A stretch of 64,000 nt of DNA from an uncultured Kiritimatiellota bacterium (GTDB lineage Bacteria > Verrucomicrobiota > Kiritimatiellia > RFP12 > DVOR01). The first letter of the stretch is position 1; every line of letters starts with the position of its first letter. The notes under the pieces are model-generated. The model ran no database searches. It worked only from the letters and a program-made list of their open reading frames with translations, and was not told the DNA's origin. Location: contig CALXSE010000003.1 of the NCBI GenBank assembly GCA_944391085.1, positions 54,143 through 118,142 of the forward strand, in the 5' to 3' direction. Positions 1 through 9,963 of this stretch are shown piece after piece. The position numbers and the translations under genes were made by a program.

Positions 1-3000
1 TTGCGGCGGGCGGCCATGGCAGGCGGCGCGTCAGGCCTGTCAGCGCCGGAAGGCTCGCCAACGTAAGGCCTTACGCTGGTGATGACCTGCCCCCCGTCAG
101 TCTCCTGGGAGAGGGCGAACGTGGCGACGGCCTCGGCGGTGAAGCGCACTTCGCCCTCCGTCGTGACGTAGAGCTTGAGCGGGATTTCGATCTGGGTCAA
201 GTCCGAACCGACCGTGACCTCGGCCCAGCCGTCCGCGTCGGGGGCGCCGATGGCGACCCCGACCTGGTCGTCGAGGGCAGGGAGCCCGGCCTCTGTCGCG
301 GCTTGGGTGCCGAGGTAGCTGCCAGAGACGGAATCGCGGAGGCGGATCCGGACGGAGGCGATGTGGTGGTAAGGCAGGGCGTCATAGATGAGGTTGACGT
401 GGGGCGAACCCGCGTTGCCGACCGTCCAGGTGACACCGTCGCGGTCGACGCCGCCGCGGCGGGTGTCGGTGACCTCCGTGGAGGCGGGGTCGGAGCTGTC
501 GAGGATCTCGAGGGTGTGGCGGCCCAGCCCGCCTTCGATGCGGGAGACGACGGCGCAGCGTGAGAGGCCGGTGTAGGGGATCAGCCACTGGTCGAGGTTG
601 ATTTGGCGCGGGGTGACCTGGTAGTTCTTCGTGTCGCCGTCGCCGGCGCGGGCCATCTGGGTGGGGTTGAAGCCGAGGGGATTGCCGGAGGTGAGGTGCG
701 TGAGGTCGGCGACGGAGGCGTCGTTGATCTTGTTGCGGCGGGTGACCCACTTGCCGCCCATGTCGACGGTGGCGATGGAGTTGGCGTAACCGGCGTGGGC
801 GTCGTCGTTGTCCTGGACGTAGGTAGACGTGCCGCCGGTGGGGGCGTAGTCGCCGTTGTCGTCGGCCTGGAAGGTCTCGGCGACGGCCAGGCGGCGGCCG
901 TGCATCTCGGCGGGGGTCGTCTCGGGGCCGATGAGGCCGATGGGGTCATTGGCGGGGGCCCCGTCGACGACGTCGTCGGTGAGGCCGGCGTCGATTTCCG
1001 CCTGCCACGTGGTGTCGAGGAAGGCCTGGGACCACGTGCCGCCGAAGGGCGCGGTGCGGCCGAGGATGTCGTTGTACGTGTCCGCCACGTTCTGGCGCTG
1101 CTGTTCGCCGGAGACGTTCGAGGCCCGGGCGGAGGAGAAGACGACGATGTGCTCGGCGCCGCCGGTGGGGCGGTAAAGGTAGACGGCCACGCCGTAGTTG
1201 GTGCCCGTGAAGCCGATGGTGTTGTCGGTCTTGGCCCAGCCGGCGTTCTTGGCGTCCTCGGTGGTGAAGCTGACGCCGTTGGCGACGGTGTAGAAGGTGC
1301 GGTTGGAGGAGGAATCCGCGGCGCGGCGGGCGGGGACGACGCCGGCATCGGGGTTCATGTCGGCCTGGGCGTCCTCGTCGACGTCGATCGGGACGTAGTT
1401 GCCGTTGGTGATGCCGCCCTGCACGGTGTGGGCGACGCCCCAGCCGTCGATGTCGAGGGTGGCGGGGAAGCAGAGCTCGATGAAGGAGGCGAGGTCGGCG
1501 CCGTCCGCGGGGGTGCCGACGTCGGTGAGGTTGAACTCGTTGATGAAGGCCTCGCCGGGGACGCAGGAGTAGACCCAGTAATAGGGGGAGAAGCCGGCGG
1601 CGGCGTCCCGCGCCTGCATCTCCGCGTTGAGGTTGCGGGGGAAGTACCAGGGGAACTCGGTGTAGTCGGCCTCGTCGATGACGGAGCAGTACCACTCGTT
1701 GGCCTCGGCCTCGCTCTGGCCTTCCTCGGCCTCGGCCTGGTAGATGGCCCAGACGGCGTAACGGACGAGGGAGTTGGGCGGGAGGGTGAGGAGCTCGGGG
1801 AACGGCTGCGCGAGGCTGCCGGTGAAGGTCGTCTCGTCGGCGTCGCCCTCCAGCTCGAGGGTGTTGGGATAAAGCGTGGAGACGTCGGTGGCCGCGGCGA
1901 CGGCGGCGGGGTCGATCTCGCCCAGCCAGCTGCCGATGTCCCACTGCGCGGCGTTCTGGAAGCGGTAGATGGGGCGACTTTCGCCGGCGGCGTTGTCGCC
2001 GCCGAGGGCGTCGGTGTACGTGTAACCGTTGGTGGTGCGAAGGCGATCTGCCTCGGTGGTGGCGAAGGAGTAGAAGACGCGGACGGAGCCGGGCTTGACG
2101 CGCTGTTTGTTGCCGAGGGTGGCCTGGACGCGCAGGTCGGTGGCGCCGGAGACGGGCTGGGAGAGGGGCGATTTGGAGTCGAAGGCGCCGGAGGCGTCGT
2201 TGGAGAAGGCGACGTCGGTCACGCGAAGGGAGGGCGCGACGGGGTCCTCGATGGCGAGGCGGTCGATGAGCACCTGGCCGTAGGAGGCGGGGTGGGCGTC
2301 CGGGATGGCGCCGGCGAAGTCGCGCGGGACGGTCCAGAGGCGCAGGCGCGTGGCCTCCTTGCCCTTGTGCGTCACCGTGTCGTCGGCGGCGTCGGCGAAG
2401 GTGGCGGCGGCGAGGTCAAGGTCATAGACCCGGTAGACGGTGTTGGTGACGTCGAGGGAGGCCAGGACGGTGAAGTCCTCGGCGGTCAGATCCTCGTCCG
2501 TGGAGGTCGTGGCCGAGACGTAGAGGCGGACGGGCGTGGGATTGGAGGCGGCGAGGCGGGCGGCGAAGGTGAGGCGGCCGACGCCGTTCTCCAGCGCGGG
2601 GGATTCGAGATAGGCGTCGGAGACCTGGGTGTTGACGACGGCGTCGTTGAGGTGGAGGGCCTTGGTGAGGCCGGCGCGTTCGGCGAAGGTCTGCTCGACC
2701 TGGTCGGTGAGGCCGGCGGCGGCGCGATCCTTCCAGTACAGCAGGTCGACGGGGGACGTGGTGAGCTTGGCGTTGCCGGCGGCCCAGGAAGCGAGGACGC
2801 CGGACCGGTTGTCGGTGACGGTGACGTCGTCGAGCCAGACGCAGGGGTCGTAGGAGGCGTCGTCCCGGTATTCGTCGGGGATGAGCATGACGAGGCGGAG
2901 GGTGCCGGCGCGGCCGACGAGCTCCTGACCCGACTCGTCGCCCGAGGCGAAGCGGGGGACGACGCTGGCGGTGGCCCAGTCGCCGGAGGTGTCGGAGAGG

Positions 3001-6000
3001 AGGATGGGGGAGGAGACGTCTTCCCAATACTGGTCGCGGGCGTAGCTGCCGAGGTAGTCGTTGGTGTAGTTGCTGTCCTCCCGGAACTGGAGGAGGAGGC
3101 GGACGGCGGAGCCGGAGCCGCCGTTGGCGGCCTGCGGGATGCGGTAGCGGAAGGAGACGGAGCCGAAGCCGCGCCCGCGGTTGTGGGGCGTGTAGAGGGC
3201 GAGCGAGGCGCCGGTGACCCAGTAGGAGCCCATGCCGCCGTCGCTCCGGCCCTCGGAGAACTCGCCGCCGTTGGTGTTCTTGCGGGAGCGCTGCATGACG
3301 AGGACCTGCCGGCCTTCGTAGGCGTCCTTGGAGACGGTGAGCTGGGCGTCGTCCTCGGGGCGGACCCAGACGCCGACGGCCGCGAAGCCGTTCGCGTCCT
3401 CGCCGCCGCCGCCGTCGGGGTTCGAGAAGCCGAGGTCGGTGAAGTCGGGGACGTTTTCGCCGTTGCGCTGGGTGTCGTCGCCGCACCAGGAGGTGACGGT
3501 GACGTTGTCGAGGTAGACGCCGGAGGCGCCGCTTTCGATGAGGAGGGAGACCGTGGCGTTGGCCTGGCCGACGGTGAAGCTGCCCGTCTGCGTGGCGCCG
3601 CTACTGGCATAGAAGGGATAGTCCACGCGGGCGCCGCTCTCGGGCTGGACGCGGAGGACGAAGCGCCCGGCGGTGTCGGAGGGCGGGTTCACGCGGGTCA
3701 GGGTGATGGCGGTGCGGTCGTTCTCGGTGCCGAGCGTCCACGCGCCCGAGGTGGCCCATCCCGGGCGATTGGACTCGCGCTTGGCCACGCCGTCAAGGAG
3801 GAGGGTGGTGGGGGAATTGCCCGAGGCGGAGGCATAGGCGACGTAACGGAAGGTGGGGCGGCATTCGGCGCTGTTCAGCGCCAGCCGGAAGCCCCCGCTC
3901 GGCACGGAGACCGTCTCCTGCGAGTACTTCGTGGCGGTGATCGCGGAGCCCGTCGCGGAATCGGAGACGCCCACGACAAGTCGGTGATCCGCATTCACCC
4001 AGAGGCCATAGCGATGGCCGGCCAAATGGCTGTGGTTCAGCTGCGCCGCGTAGCCGTCCCCGGAATCCTGGAACCGCAGCCGCGTGGCAGTGGAGCCGTT
4101 CCACCGGTAGAGCTCGGCGTAGACGCGGGAGGTGGGCTCGGCCTCGAAGTCGGCCGACGGGAAGTCGACCACCTCGGTGAGGCGAAGCTCGTAGGCTCGG
4201 TCGCCCCAGACGTCCTCGAGATAGTAGGAGACGGAGACGCCGGAGGGCGAGTAGGTCTGCGAGGCGTTGGAGGGGATGCCGGCGGCGATGCCGTAGCCCG
4301 CGCCGGGGAAGGCGCCGGGAGTCTCCGTTTGGACGAGCTGGACGCGGCCGGAGAAATCGTAGGGGATGGAGAGGGTATAGTCGAAGGAGACGGTGCCCAC
4401 GCCGTTGAGCTTGACGGACGCGCTGGGCTCGATGGAGGCGGTGGGCGTCAGGCGGATGGCCGCGTCGGGCATCATGGTGCCGTCGCCCAGGGTGGAATAG
4501 GTGCGGCGGAGGACGACCTCGGCGCCGCCGTCCAGGTCGAAGTATTGCGATCGGCCGTCCTCGCCATAGTCATCCGCGCGCAGGAGCCCGGGGTCGGCGG
4601 GGTCGGACGCGGCGCCCCACTGGGCGAACTGCCCGTTGATGGCGTCTGAGGTGTCGCGGTAATAGAAGGCGTAATCGGCTGTCTGCTCGGTGCGGCGGGC
4701 GACCCCGAAGGCGTCGGTGATGGAGGTGGTGCGGGCGAAGGGGCCTTCGTCGGGCATCCAGCCGGCGGCGATGGTGCGCTCGTCGGTGGCGGAATCGTGC
4801 CCCCAGTCGCGGACGTCGAAGCCGGCCGTGACGGAGGCGACGTTCTCGCGGAAGTCGGTGTTGGAGAAGTCGGAGTCCGCCTCCTCGGAGACGGCGAACC
4901 AGGAGTTGAAGTCCTGCCAGTAGGAGCCGCGCAGGACGATCGCGGGCGCGGCGTCGGCGAGGGTGACCTCGACGGCGACGTGGGAGTTGGCGATGTTGAG
5001 CGGGACGGCGAGGGGCGAGAGGCGCCCGGGGGCGTCCGCCGAGGCGAGGGTGGCGGTGGAGGAGGGGACGGCGGTGAGGGTGGGCGGGAGGGTGGCCGAG
5101 GCCTGCTGGAGCGTCTGGCCATAGTAGGTGACGGAGCCGTCGGGCGCGGTGGCGCGGATGCGGAAGCTGAGGATGTTCTCCTCGCCGGCCTGGTCGGTGG
5201 GGTCCTCCTGGCCGATGAGGTCGTCCGGGGCCCAGGCCCAGACGGCGGTCTCGTCCTCCTCCAGGCGCAGGACGCGCTGGACGTCGACGCGCCAGACGTT
5301 GGGGTCGGCGGAGGATGGGAGCATCTCCACCTCGCGGGTGAAGAAGGCATACTCGTTGCGGCCCTCGCCGTCGACGCGGTAGGTGGCCTCGAGGACGACG
5401 CCGGCGTGGGCGGTCTCCCGCTCGCGGAGATCAACGACGAAGGGGTGGGTCTCGACGACCTGCTGGCCGTCGTCGTCCGTCTGCGTGACGTCATAGGTGG
5501 CGCGTTCGACGCGGACGGTCTCGTGCTCGTCGATGTTCTCGCGGCCGGCGGCGAAGGAGCCGAGGACGTCGCAGGTGAGGCGGAGGTCGTAGACGCCGGG
5601 GAGGAGGCCGGTGACGGCGCCCGAGGAATCGGTGAAGAAGGCGCCCTCGACGGCGTTGACCGCGCCGGTGGAGTAGGTCTCGAGGGTGCCGGGGAGGAAG
5701 GAGGCGGTCAGTTCGGCCGTGTCGCCGGCGGTCTTCCTGTCCACGGAGACGTCGGCGGCGGCGTGCCATTGGGCGGTGTCGTCGCCGTCGGCGCGGCGGC
5801 GGAGGGCGATCTCGGGGCTGTAGCCGCGGGCGTCGTCGCTCGTGGCCTGGAAGACGACCTGCCAGCCGCCGTCGCGCGGGTAGAGGGGATCCGGCGAGAA
5901 GCCGGGGGTGGAGAAGTCGGCGGTGGGCGAGGCGGAGCGCACGAGCAGGTCGTTGATGGCGATGGCGCCGGTGTGCGTGTTGCCGCCGGGGGTGGCGCGG

Positions 6001-7085
6001 ACAATGCGGAAGCGGCCGTTGGAGCCGGCGGGGAGGGCGTCGCCGAGGCTGACGGTGAAGGTTTGGTGGGTGTTGGTGAGGCCCGTGACGCTGGCGACGG
6101 TCGTCCAGGCCTCGGCGCCGGAGGAGGTGTCGAGGACCTGGACGTCGAGGCGCGGCGTCTCGCCCGCGGCGGCGCCGGAGCCGAGGGAGGCCTTGAAGGT
6201 GACGGCGGAGACGCCGTCCGGATAGACGGGGGAGACGAGGCGGGGGAGGGCGCCCCCGTCCTCATCGACGATGCCGAGGAGGTGGACGCCGTCCACGCCG
6301 CGGTTGTTCACGTTGACGACGCCGCCGTGGATTTCCCAGGGCGCGCCCTTCATCGAGACGGACTGCCAGTCGTAGACGGCGCCCCAGCGGCTCCTGGTGG
6401 CGTCGTCGACCGCGCCGGCCCAGTCGTAAGTCTCGGAGGCCTCCGCCCAGAGGCGGGCGTCGCGGAAGGTTTGCTTGCGCCCGGCGTCCTGGATGTCTGA
6501 GATTCGGGTGAAGGAGCCGATGCCGTATCGGCTGGCGGCGTACCATTCATGCGTGGCCTGGCCCTCCAGGAGGGAGGCGAGCAGGGCGTTGGCCGCGGCG
6601 GTGCCGGTGGAATCGTACCAGTCGCTGGCGTAGACGGCCTCCCAGCGGAGGGGGTCGGTGGCGGGGGCGGCGACGGCGCCGTCGTCGAGGGCGGCAAGGT
6701 CGTCGGCGTCGCCGCTCTTGACGCCGTCGGTATTGAGCGTGTCGCCGCTTTGCGGCATGGGGTAGAGGAGCCTGGCGTCCGCGGGGAGCAGGCGGGAGAG
6801 GAGGATGGAGCCGTCGAAGGCGGTGACGTCGCCCTTGTGGGCGCGGAACATGAGGCGGGAGGGGACGGCGGCGACGGGGATGCCGTAGTCCGCGCCCTCG
6901 CGGGGGATGGAGACGGTGACGCGGAAGCGCCACTGCCCGGCGGCGTCCGGGTTTTCCTCGAGCGCGAGGGCATAGCGGACGGGGTCCGTCTGCACGGTGC
7001 GGGTCGTCTGCGCCCAAGCGGCGGACCCGCCGAGCAGGCCCGCCGCGAGCGCCGCGAGCGCCCAGTAGCGGAGGCGTGAGATCAT
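1..7085 (-). CDS. Very large secreted protein (>2360 aa, C-terminus beyond window start); product unknown, likely a surface/extracellular protein
   Basis: ATG at 7083-7085 on the minus strand; revcomp reads ATGATCTCACGCCTCCGCTACTGG..., giving MISRLRYWALAALAAGLLGGSAAWAQTTRTVQTD. This is a classic signal peptide with an AWA-Q cleavage site. The frame (end mod 3 = 2) has no ORF boundary anywhere in 1..7085, and every listed minus-strand ORF there is in the other two frames. The long plus-strand ORFs 603..4649, 4797..6500 and 6549..7079 are low-complexity G/A/V/D antisense shadows. The gene is absent from the track only because it runs off the window edge. Hand translation found no in-frame stops but is not fully rigorous. 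Confidence 0.7.
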   Translation of the reverse strand, partial: MISRLRYWALAALAAGLLGGSAAWAQTTRTVQTDPVRYALALEENPDAAGQWRFRVTVSIPREGADYGIPVAAVPSRLMFRAHKGDVTAFDGSILLSRLLPADARLLYPMPQSGDTLNTDGVKSGDADDLAALDDGAVAAPATDPLRWEAVYASDWYDSTGTAAANALLASLLEGQATHEWYAASRYGIGSFTRISDIQDAGRKQTFRDARLWAEASETYDWAGAVDDATRSRWGAVYDWQSVSMKGAPWEIHGGVVNVNNRGVDGVHLLGIVDEDGGALPRLVSPVYPDGVSAVTFKASLGSGAAAGETPRLDVQVLDTSSGAEAWTTVASVTGLTNTHQTFTVSLGDALPAGSNGRFRIVRATPGGNTHTGAIAINDLLVRSASPTADFSTPGFSPDPLYPRDGGWQVVFQATSDDARGYSPEIALRRRADGDDTAQWHAAADVSVDRKTAGDTAELTASFLPGTLETYSTGAVNAVEGAFFTDSSGAVTGLLPGVYDLRLTCDVLGSFAAGRENIDEHETVRVERATYDVTQTDDDGQQVVETHPFVVDLRERETAHAGVVLEATYRVDGEGRNEYAFFTREVEMLPSSADPNVWRVDVQRVLRLEEDETAVWAWAPDDLIGQEDPTDQAGEENILSFRIRATAPDGSVTYYGQTLQQASATLPPTLTAVPSSTATLASADAPGRLSPLAVPLNIANSHVAVEVTLADAAPAIVLRGSYWQDFNSWFAVSEEADSDFSNTDFRENVASVTAGFDVRDWGHDSATDERTIAAGWMPDEGPFARTTSITDAFGVARRTEQTADYAFYYRDTSDAINGQFAQWGAASDPADPGLLRADDYGEDGRSQYFDLDGGAEVVLRRTYSTLGDGTMMPDAAIRLTPTASIEPSASVKLNGVGTVSFDYTLSIPYDFSGRVQLVQTETPGAFPGAGYGIAAGIPSNASQTYSPSGVSVSYYLEDVWGDRAYELRLTEVVDFPSADFEAEPTSRVYAELYRWNGSTATRLRFQDSGDGYAAQLNHSHLAGHRYGLWVNADHRLVVGVSDSATGSAITATKYSQETVSVPSGGFRLALNSAECRPTFRYVAYASASGNSPTTLLLDGVAKRESNRPGWATSGAWTLGTENDRTAITLTRVNPPSDTAGRFVLRVQPESGARVDYPFYASSGATQTGSFTVGQANATVSLLIESGASGVYLDNVTVTSWCGDDTQRNGENVPDFTDLGFSNPDGGGGEDANGFAAVGVWVRPEDDAQLTVSKDAYEGRQVLVMQRSRKNTNGGEFSEGRSDGGMGSYWVTGASLALYTPHNRGRGFGSVSFRYRIPQAANGGSGSAVRLLLQFREDSNYTNDYLGSYARDQYWEDVSSPILLSDTSGDWATASVVPRFASGDESGQELVGRAGTLRLVMLIPDEYRDDASYDPCVWLDDVTVTDNRSGVLASWAAGNAKLTTSPVDLLYWKDRAAAGLTDQVEQTFAERAGLTKALHLNDAVVNTQVSDAYLESPALENGVGRLTFAARLAASNPTPVRLYVSATTSTDEDLTAEDFTVLASLDVTNTVYRVYDLDLAAATFADAADDTVTHKGKEATRLRLWTVPRDFAGAIPDAHPASYGQVLIDRLAIEDPVAPSLRVTDVAFSNDASGAFDSKSPLSQPVSGATDLRVQATLGNKQRVKPGSVRVFYSFATTEADRLRTTNGYTYTDALGGDNAAGESRPIYRFQNAAQWDIGSWLGEIDPAAVAAATDVSTLYPNTLELEGDADETTFTGSLAQPFPELLTLPPNSLVRYAVWAIYQAEAEEGQSEAEANEWYCSVIDEADYTEFPWYFPRNLNAEMQARDAAAGFSPYYWVYSCVPGEAFINEFNLTDVGTPADGADLASFIELCFPATLDIDGWGVAHTVQGGITNGNYVPIDVDEDAQADMNPDAGVVPARRAADSSSNRTFYTVANGVSFTTEDAKNAGWAKTDNTIGFTGTNYGVAVYLYRPTGGAEHIVVFSSARASNVSGEQQRQNVADTYNDILGRTAPFGGTWSQAFLDTTWQAEIDAGLTDDVVDGAPANDPIGLIGPETTPAEMHGRRLAVAETFQADDNGDYAPTGGTSTYVQDNDDAHAGYANSIATVDMGGKWVTRRNKINDASVADLTHLTSGNPLGFNPTQMARAGDGDTKNYQVTPRQINLDQWLIPYTGLSRCAVVSRIEGGLGRHTLEILDSSDPASTEVTDTRRGGVDRDGVTWTVGNAGSPHVNLIYDALPYHHIASVRIRLRDSVSGSYLGTQAATEAGLPALDDQVGVAIGAPDADGWAEVTVGSDLTQIEIPLKLYVTTEGEVRFTAEAVATFALSQETDGGQVITSVRPYVGEPSGADRPDAPPAMAARR

Positions 7086-7088
7086 ACT

Positions 7089-8222
7089 TCAGTCCCCATT
7101 TTTCGATCCATTTCGGTTTATCCCACCGGATCCGTACCATTTTGAGACTTTTTCCCGCTTGCCGAGATCCGGGTCGTCCGGGTCTGACGAGGGGTCATAG
7201 AGGGTCTCGACGCGGCCGTCGGCGAAGCAGACGTAGGCCATCCATCCGCCGTCGAAGTGGTTGAAGCCGATGCGCTCGTCGCCGTCGTCCCAGTCCCAGA
7301 CCTGGTCGCCGGCGAGGTCGTTCTGGCTTTTGACGTTGCTTTCGTCGAGGTCGAGCTCGACGAAGAGGACGGTTTGCGCGGGGGAGGCGGCCTTGCGCTC
7401 GTTGTTGCCTTCGCCGGTGCGGGCCTTGAGGGAGGCGGGGCCGAGGCGGATGGCGCCGTGGCCGGCGGCGTTGTTGGGGCAGCAGTAGTCCTTTTCGTAG
7501 CCGGCGTCGAGGTAGTGGTCGTTGTCGTAGAGGTCGGCGTCGGCGCTGGCGGCGATGTTCATGGCGTAGGCGCGGCAGATGGCGTCGCGTTGGGCGAGGC
7601 CGAGCTCGGCGGCGCGTTTCTCGAAGCCGGGGTTGGTGAAGACGTCGAGCTTCTGGTTGACGTAGTCGTAGAGGGCGCCGTTCATGATGGCGACCTCGCC
7701 CCGGGAGAAGGCGCCGCCGGAGGTTTTGTCGGCCCAGGCGGCGGGCTGGGCGTTGATGCCGCCCTCGCGCTGCTTGGTGTTGAAGCAGGTGCAGCAGCCG
7801 GCCTCGTTGGCGAAGTCCCCGGTGACGTTGCCGTCGGCGTCTTTCTCGCCGACACCGTAGCTGTCGTGGTTGCCGTCGCCGACGTTTTCGGAGGGGTTGT
7901 TGGCGCGGGGGCAGTCGTGCTCGAAGTAGACCCAGCCGCGGGAGCGGCCGTAGCGTTCTTCGCGTTGCTTGCCGGAGGAGACGGTGTATTCGGTGAAGAC
8001 GCCGCCGGCGCTGGGCCAGCAGCCGCCGTGTTCCTGGCGGTAGGCCAGGGCGGCCTGCCCCAGGAGGCGCAGGTTGTTGACGGCCACGGCGTTGTCGCCG
8101 AAGCCGAGGGCGCGCCCGATCACCGGCATCAGCGTGCCGGCGAGGACGCCTATGATCACGATGACCACCAGAAGCTCGATCAGCGTGAAGCCGCATTTGC
8201 GCGCAAGACGTGTCATCTGCAA
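7089..8222 (-). CDS. Prepilin-type N-terminal cleavage/methylation domain protein with C-terminal DUF1559 (H-X9-DG) domain; type II secretion/type IV pilin-like pseudopilin
   Basis: N-terminus MQMTRLARKCGFTLIELLVVIVIIGVLAGTL is a class III (prepilin peptidase) signal. The C-terminus has NHFDGGWMAYVCFADG, typical of the H-X9-DG family that is expanded in the PVC superphylum. Only 3 nt separate it from the start of the downstream giant gene, implying an operon. Confidence 0.85.
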   Translation of the reverse strand: MQMTRLARKCGFTLIELLVVIVIIGVLAGTLMPVIGRALGFGDNAVAVNNLRLLGQAALAYRQEHGGCWPSAGGVFTEYTVSSGKQREERYGRSRGWVYFEHDCPRANNPSENVGDGNHDSYGVGEKDADGNVTGDFANEAGCCTCFNTKQREGGINAQPAAWADKTSGGAFSRGEVAIMNGALYDYVNQKLDVFTNPGFEKRAAELGLAQRDAICRAYAMNIAASADADLYDNDHYLDAGYEKDYCCPNNAAGHGAIRLGPASLKARTGEGNNERKAASPAQTVLFVELDLDESNVKSQNDLAGDQVWDWDDGDERIGFNHFDGGWMAYVCFADGRVETLYDPSSDPDDPDLGKREKVSKWYGSGGINRNGSKNGD

Positions 8223-8291
8223 ACCTCGTACGTTGCCATTAGTATAGAGGAAAGCGGGGCGCTTGGGAAGTGGTTTTTTGCGGTCTGCCGC

Positions 8292-9698
8292 TCAGAGGCC
8301 TTTGTAGATGGCCCCGGGGGCGGGGGCGACGGGGTCTTGGTAGCCTTCCTCGCGGAGGATTTGGCACATGGCGGCGACCTTTTCGTCCTCGCCGTGGACG
8401 GCGAAGGCCTTTCTGACGGTCTTCTTTTCGTTGACGGCGCGGACCCAGTCGCGCAGGGCGGTGCGGTCGGCGTGGGCGGAGAGGGCGTTGATGGTGTGGA
8501 CGCGGGCGCGGAGCTCGAAGGTGTCGCCGAGGATTTTGAGGGGGCTCTGGCAGGCGACGATACGTCGGCCGAGGGTGCCTTCGGCCTGGTAGCCGACGAT
8601 GAGGATGATGTTGCGCGGGTCGCCGACGCCGTTCTGGAGGTGGTGGAGGATGCGCCCGCCCTCGCACATGCCGCTGGCGGCGATGATGACCATGGGGCCC
8701 TCGGCGCGGTTGAGGGCCTTGGATTGCTCGGCGGTCTCGAGGAATTGGAGGCCGGGCATCCGGAAGAGCTCGATGCCCCGGCGGAGGAGGTCGCTGGCGG
8801 CCTGGCCGTAGCAATCGGTGTGCCGGGCGTAGATCTTGGTGGCCTTGAGGGAGAGGGGGGAGTCGACGTAAAGGGGCACCTGGGGGATTTTCCGCTGGCG
8901 GAGCAGCTCGTTGAGGAAGAAGAGGATCTGCTGGGTGCGGCCGACGCTGAAGGCCGGGATGATGAGCTTGGCGCGCTGCTGGACGATGTCGTCGATGTAG
9001 TCGCGCAGGCGCCCGGCGACGTTGGCGCGGGGGGGGTGCTCGCGGTCGGCGTAGGTCGATTCCACCACCAGCACGTCCGCGCCGACGGGCGGGTCCGGCG
9101 GGGGGAGGATGGGGGCGCCGGGCTGGCCGACGTCGCCGGAGAAGAGGAGGCGGCGGTAGGCGCCGTTGGGCTGGCGGGCGAAGAGCTCGACGTGGGCGGA
9201 GCCGAGGATGTGGCCGGCGTTGTGGAAGACGGCCCCCACCCCGTTGCCCAGGTCGATGGCGCGTTTGTAGGGCCAGCCCTGCATGAGCGAGAGGGTACGC
9301 TCGACGTCCTCGTCGCCGTAGAGCGGCTCGAAGGGGGTGCGGCCCTCGGCGATGCGGCGGCGGTTGACGATCTCGACGTCGTGGCGGGTGATGAAGGCGC
9401 AGTCGCGGAGCATCGGGTCGCAGAGGTCGCGCGTGGCCTCGGTGGTGTGGATGGGGCCGCGCCAGCCCGCGCGGATGAGGGAGGGGAGGTTGCCGCTGTG
9501 GTCGATGTGCGCGTGGGAGAGGAGGACGCAGTCGACCGTCCCGGGGTCCACCATCAGCCGCCGGTTGCGCTCGAAGGCCTCCTTGCGGTGGCCCTGGTAC
9601 AGGCCGCAGTCGAGCAGGATGCGCAGGCCGTTCACGTCCACGATGTGCATCGAGCCGGTGGTCGTGTGCGCCGCCCCCTGGAAAGTGATCGTATACAT
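8292..9698 (-). CDS. MBL-fold beta-CASP family RNA-metabolising metallo-hydrolase (CPSF73/RNase J-like)
   Basis: HxHxDH motif LLSHAHIDHSGNLPSL and the beta-CASP layout. The likely start is the internal Met MYTITFQGAAH at 9698, preceded by AAGGAGAGG 6 nt upstream. The 52-codon upstream extension in the track is R/G-rich junk. Confidence 0.8.
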   Translation of the reverse strand: MYTITFQGAAHTTTGSMHIVDVNGLRILLDCGLYQGHRKEAFERNRRLMVDPGTVDCVLLSHAHIDHSGNLPSLIRAGWRGPIHTTEATRDLCDPMLRDCAFITRHDVEIVNRRRIAEGRTPFEPLYGDEDVERTLSLMQGWPYKRAIDLGNGVGAVFHNAGHILGSAHVELFARQPNGAYRRLLFSGDVGQPGAPILPPPDPPVGADVLVVESTYADREHPPRANVAGRLRDYIDDIVQQRAKLIIPAFSVGRTQQILFFLNELLRQRKIPQVPLYVDSPLSLKATKIYARHTDCYGQAASDLLRRGIELFRMPGLQFLETAEQSKALNRAEGPMVIIAASGMCEGGRILHHLQNGVGDPRNIILIVGYQAEGTLGRRIVACQSPLKILGDTFELRARVHTINALSAHADRTALRDWVRAVNEKKTVRKAFAVHGEDEKVAAMCQILREEGYQDPVAPAPGAIYKGL

Positions 9699-9963
9699 GC
9701 CGCCTCTCCTTTCTTCCCTTATTTTTCCAAACCCGCGCGCCCCGGTCAAGCCCCGACTGAGGCGCGTCTTCCTGCGGCGGCGCGGGGCAAAGGCGCAGGG
9801 AAGGGCGCCGCGTGCGGCCGCGCCCCCGTGCTCAGGCGGGGCGGCGCCTGCCAAGTATCGCCGGGCAGGGCTCCCTCGCCGCGCCGCCGCGTTTTTCCTT
9901 TCCGCTTGCGGTTTTGGCGGCGGAGGGGTAAACTAGTGCGTTGTTTTAAGAAAAGGAACGGCC

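Noticed and set aside
603-6500. Plus-strand ORFs 603..4649 (1348 aa), 4797..6500 (567 aa) and 6549..7079, all Gly/Ala/Val/Asp-rich
   Set aside because: They are low-complexity and GC-skewed. They are antisense to a minus-strand frame that is open throughout and starts with a clear signal peptide, so they are shadows of the real gene.
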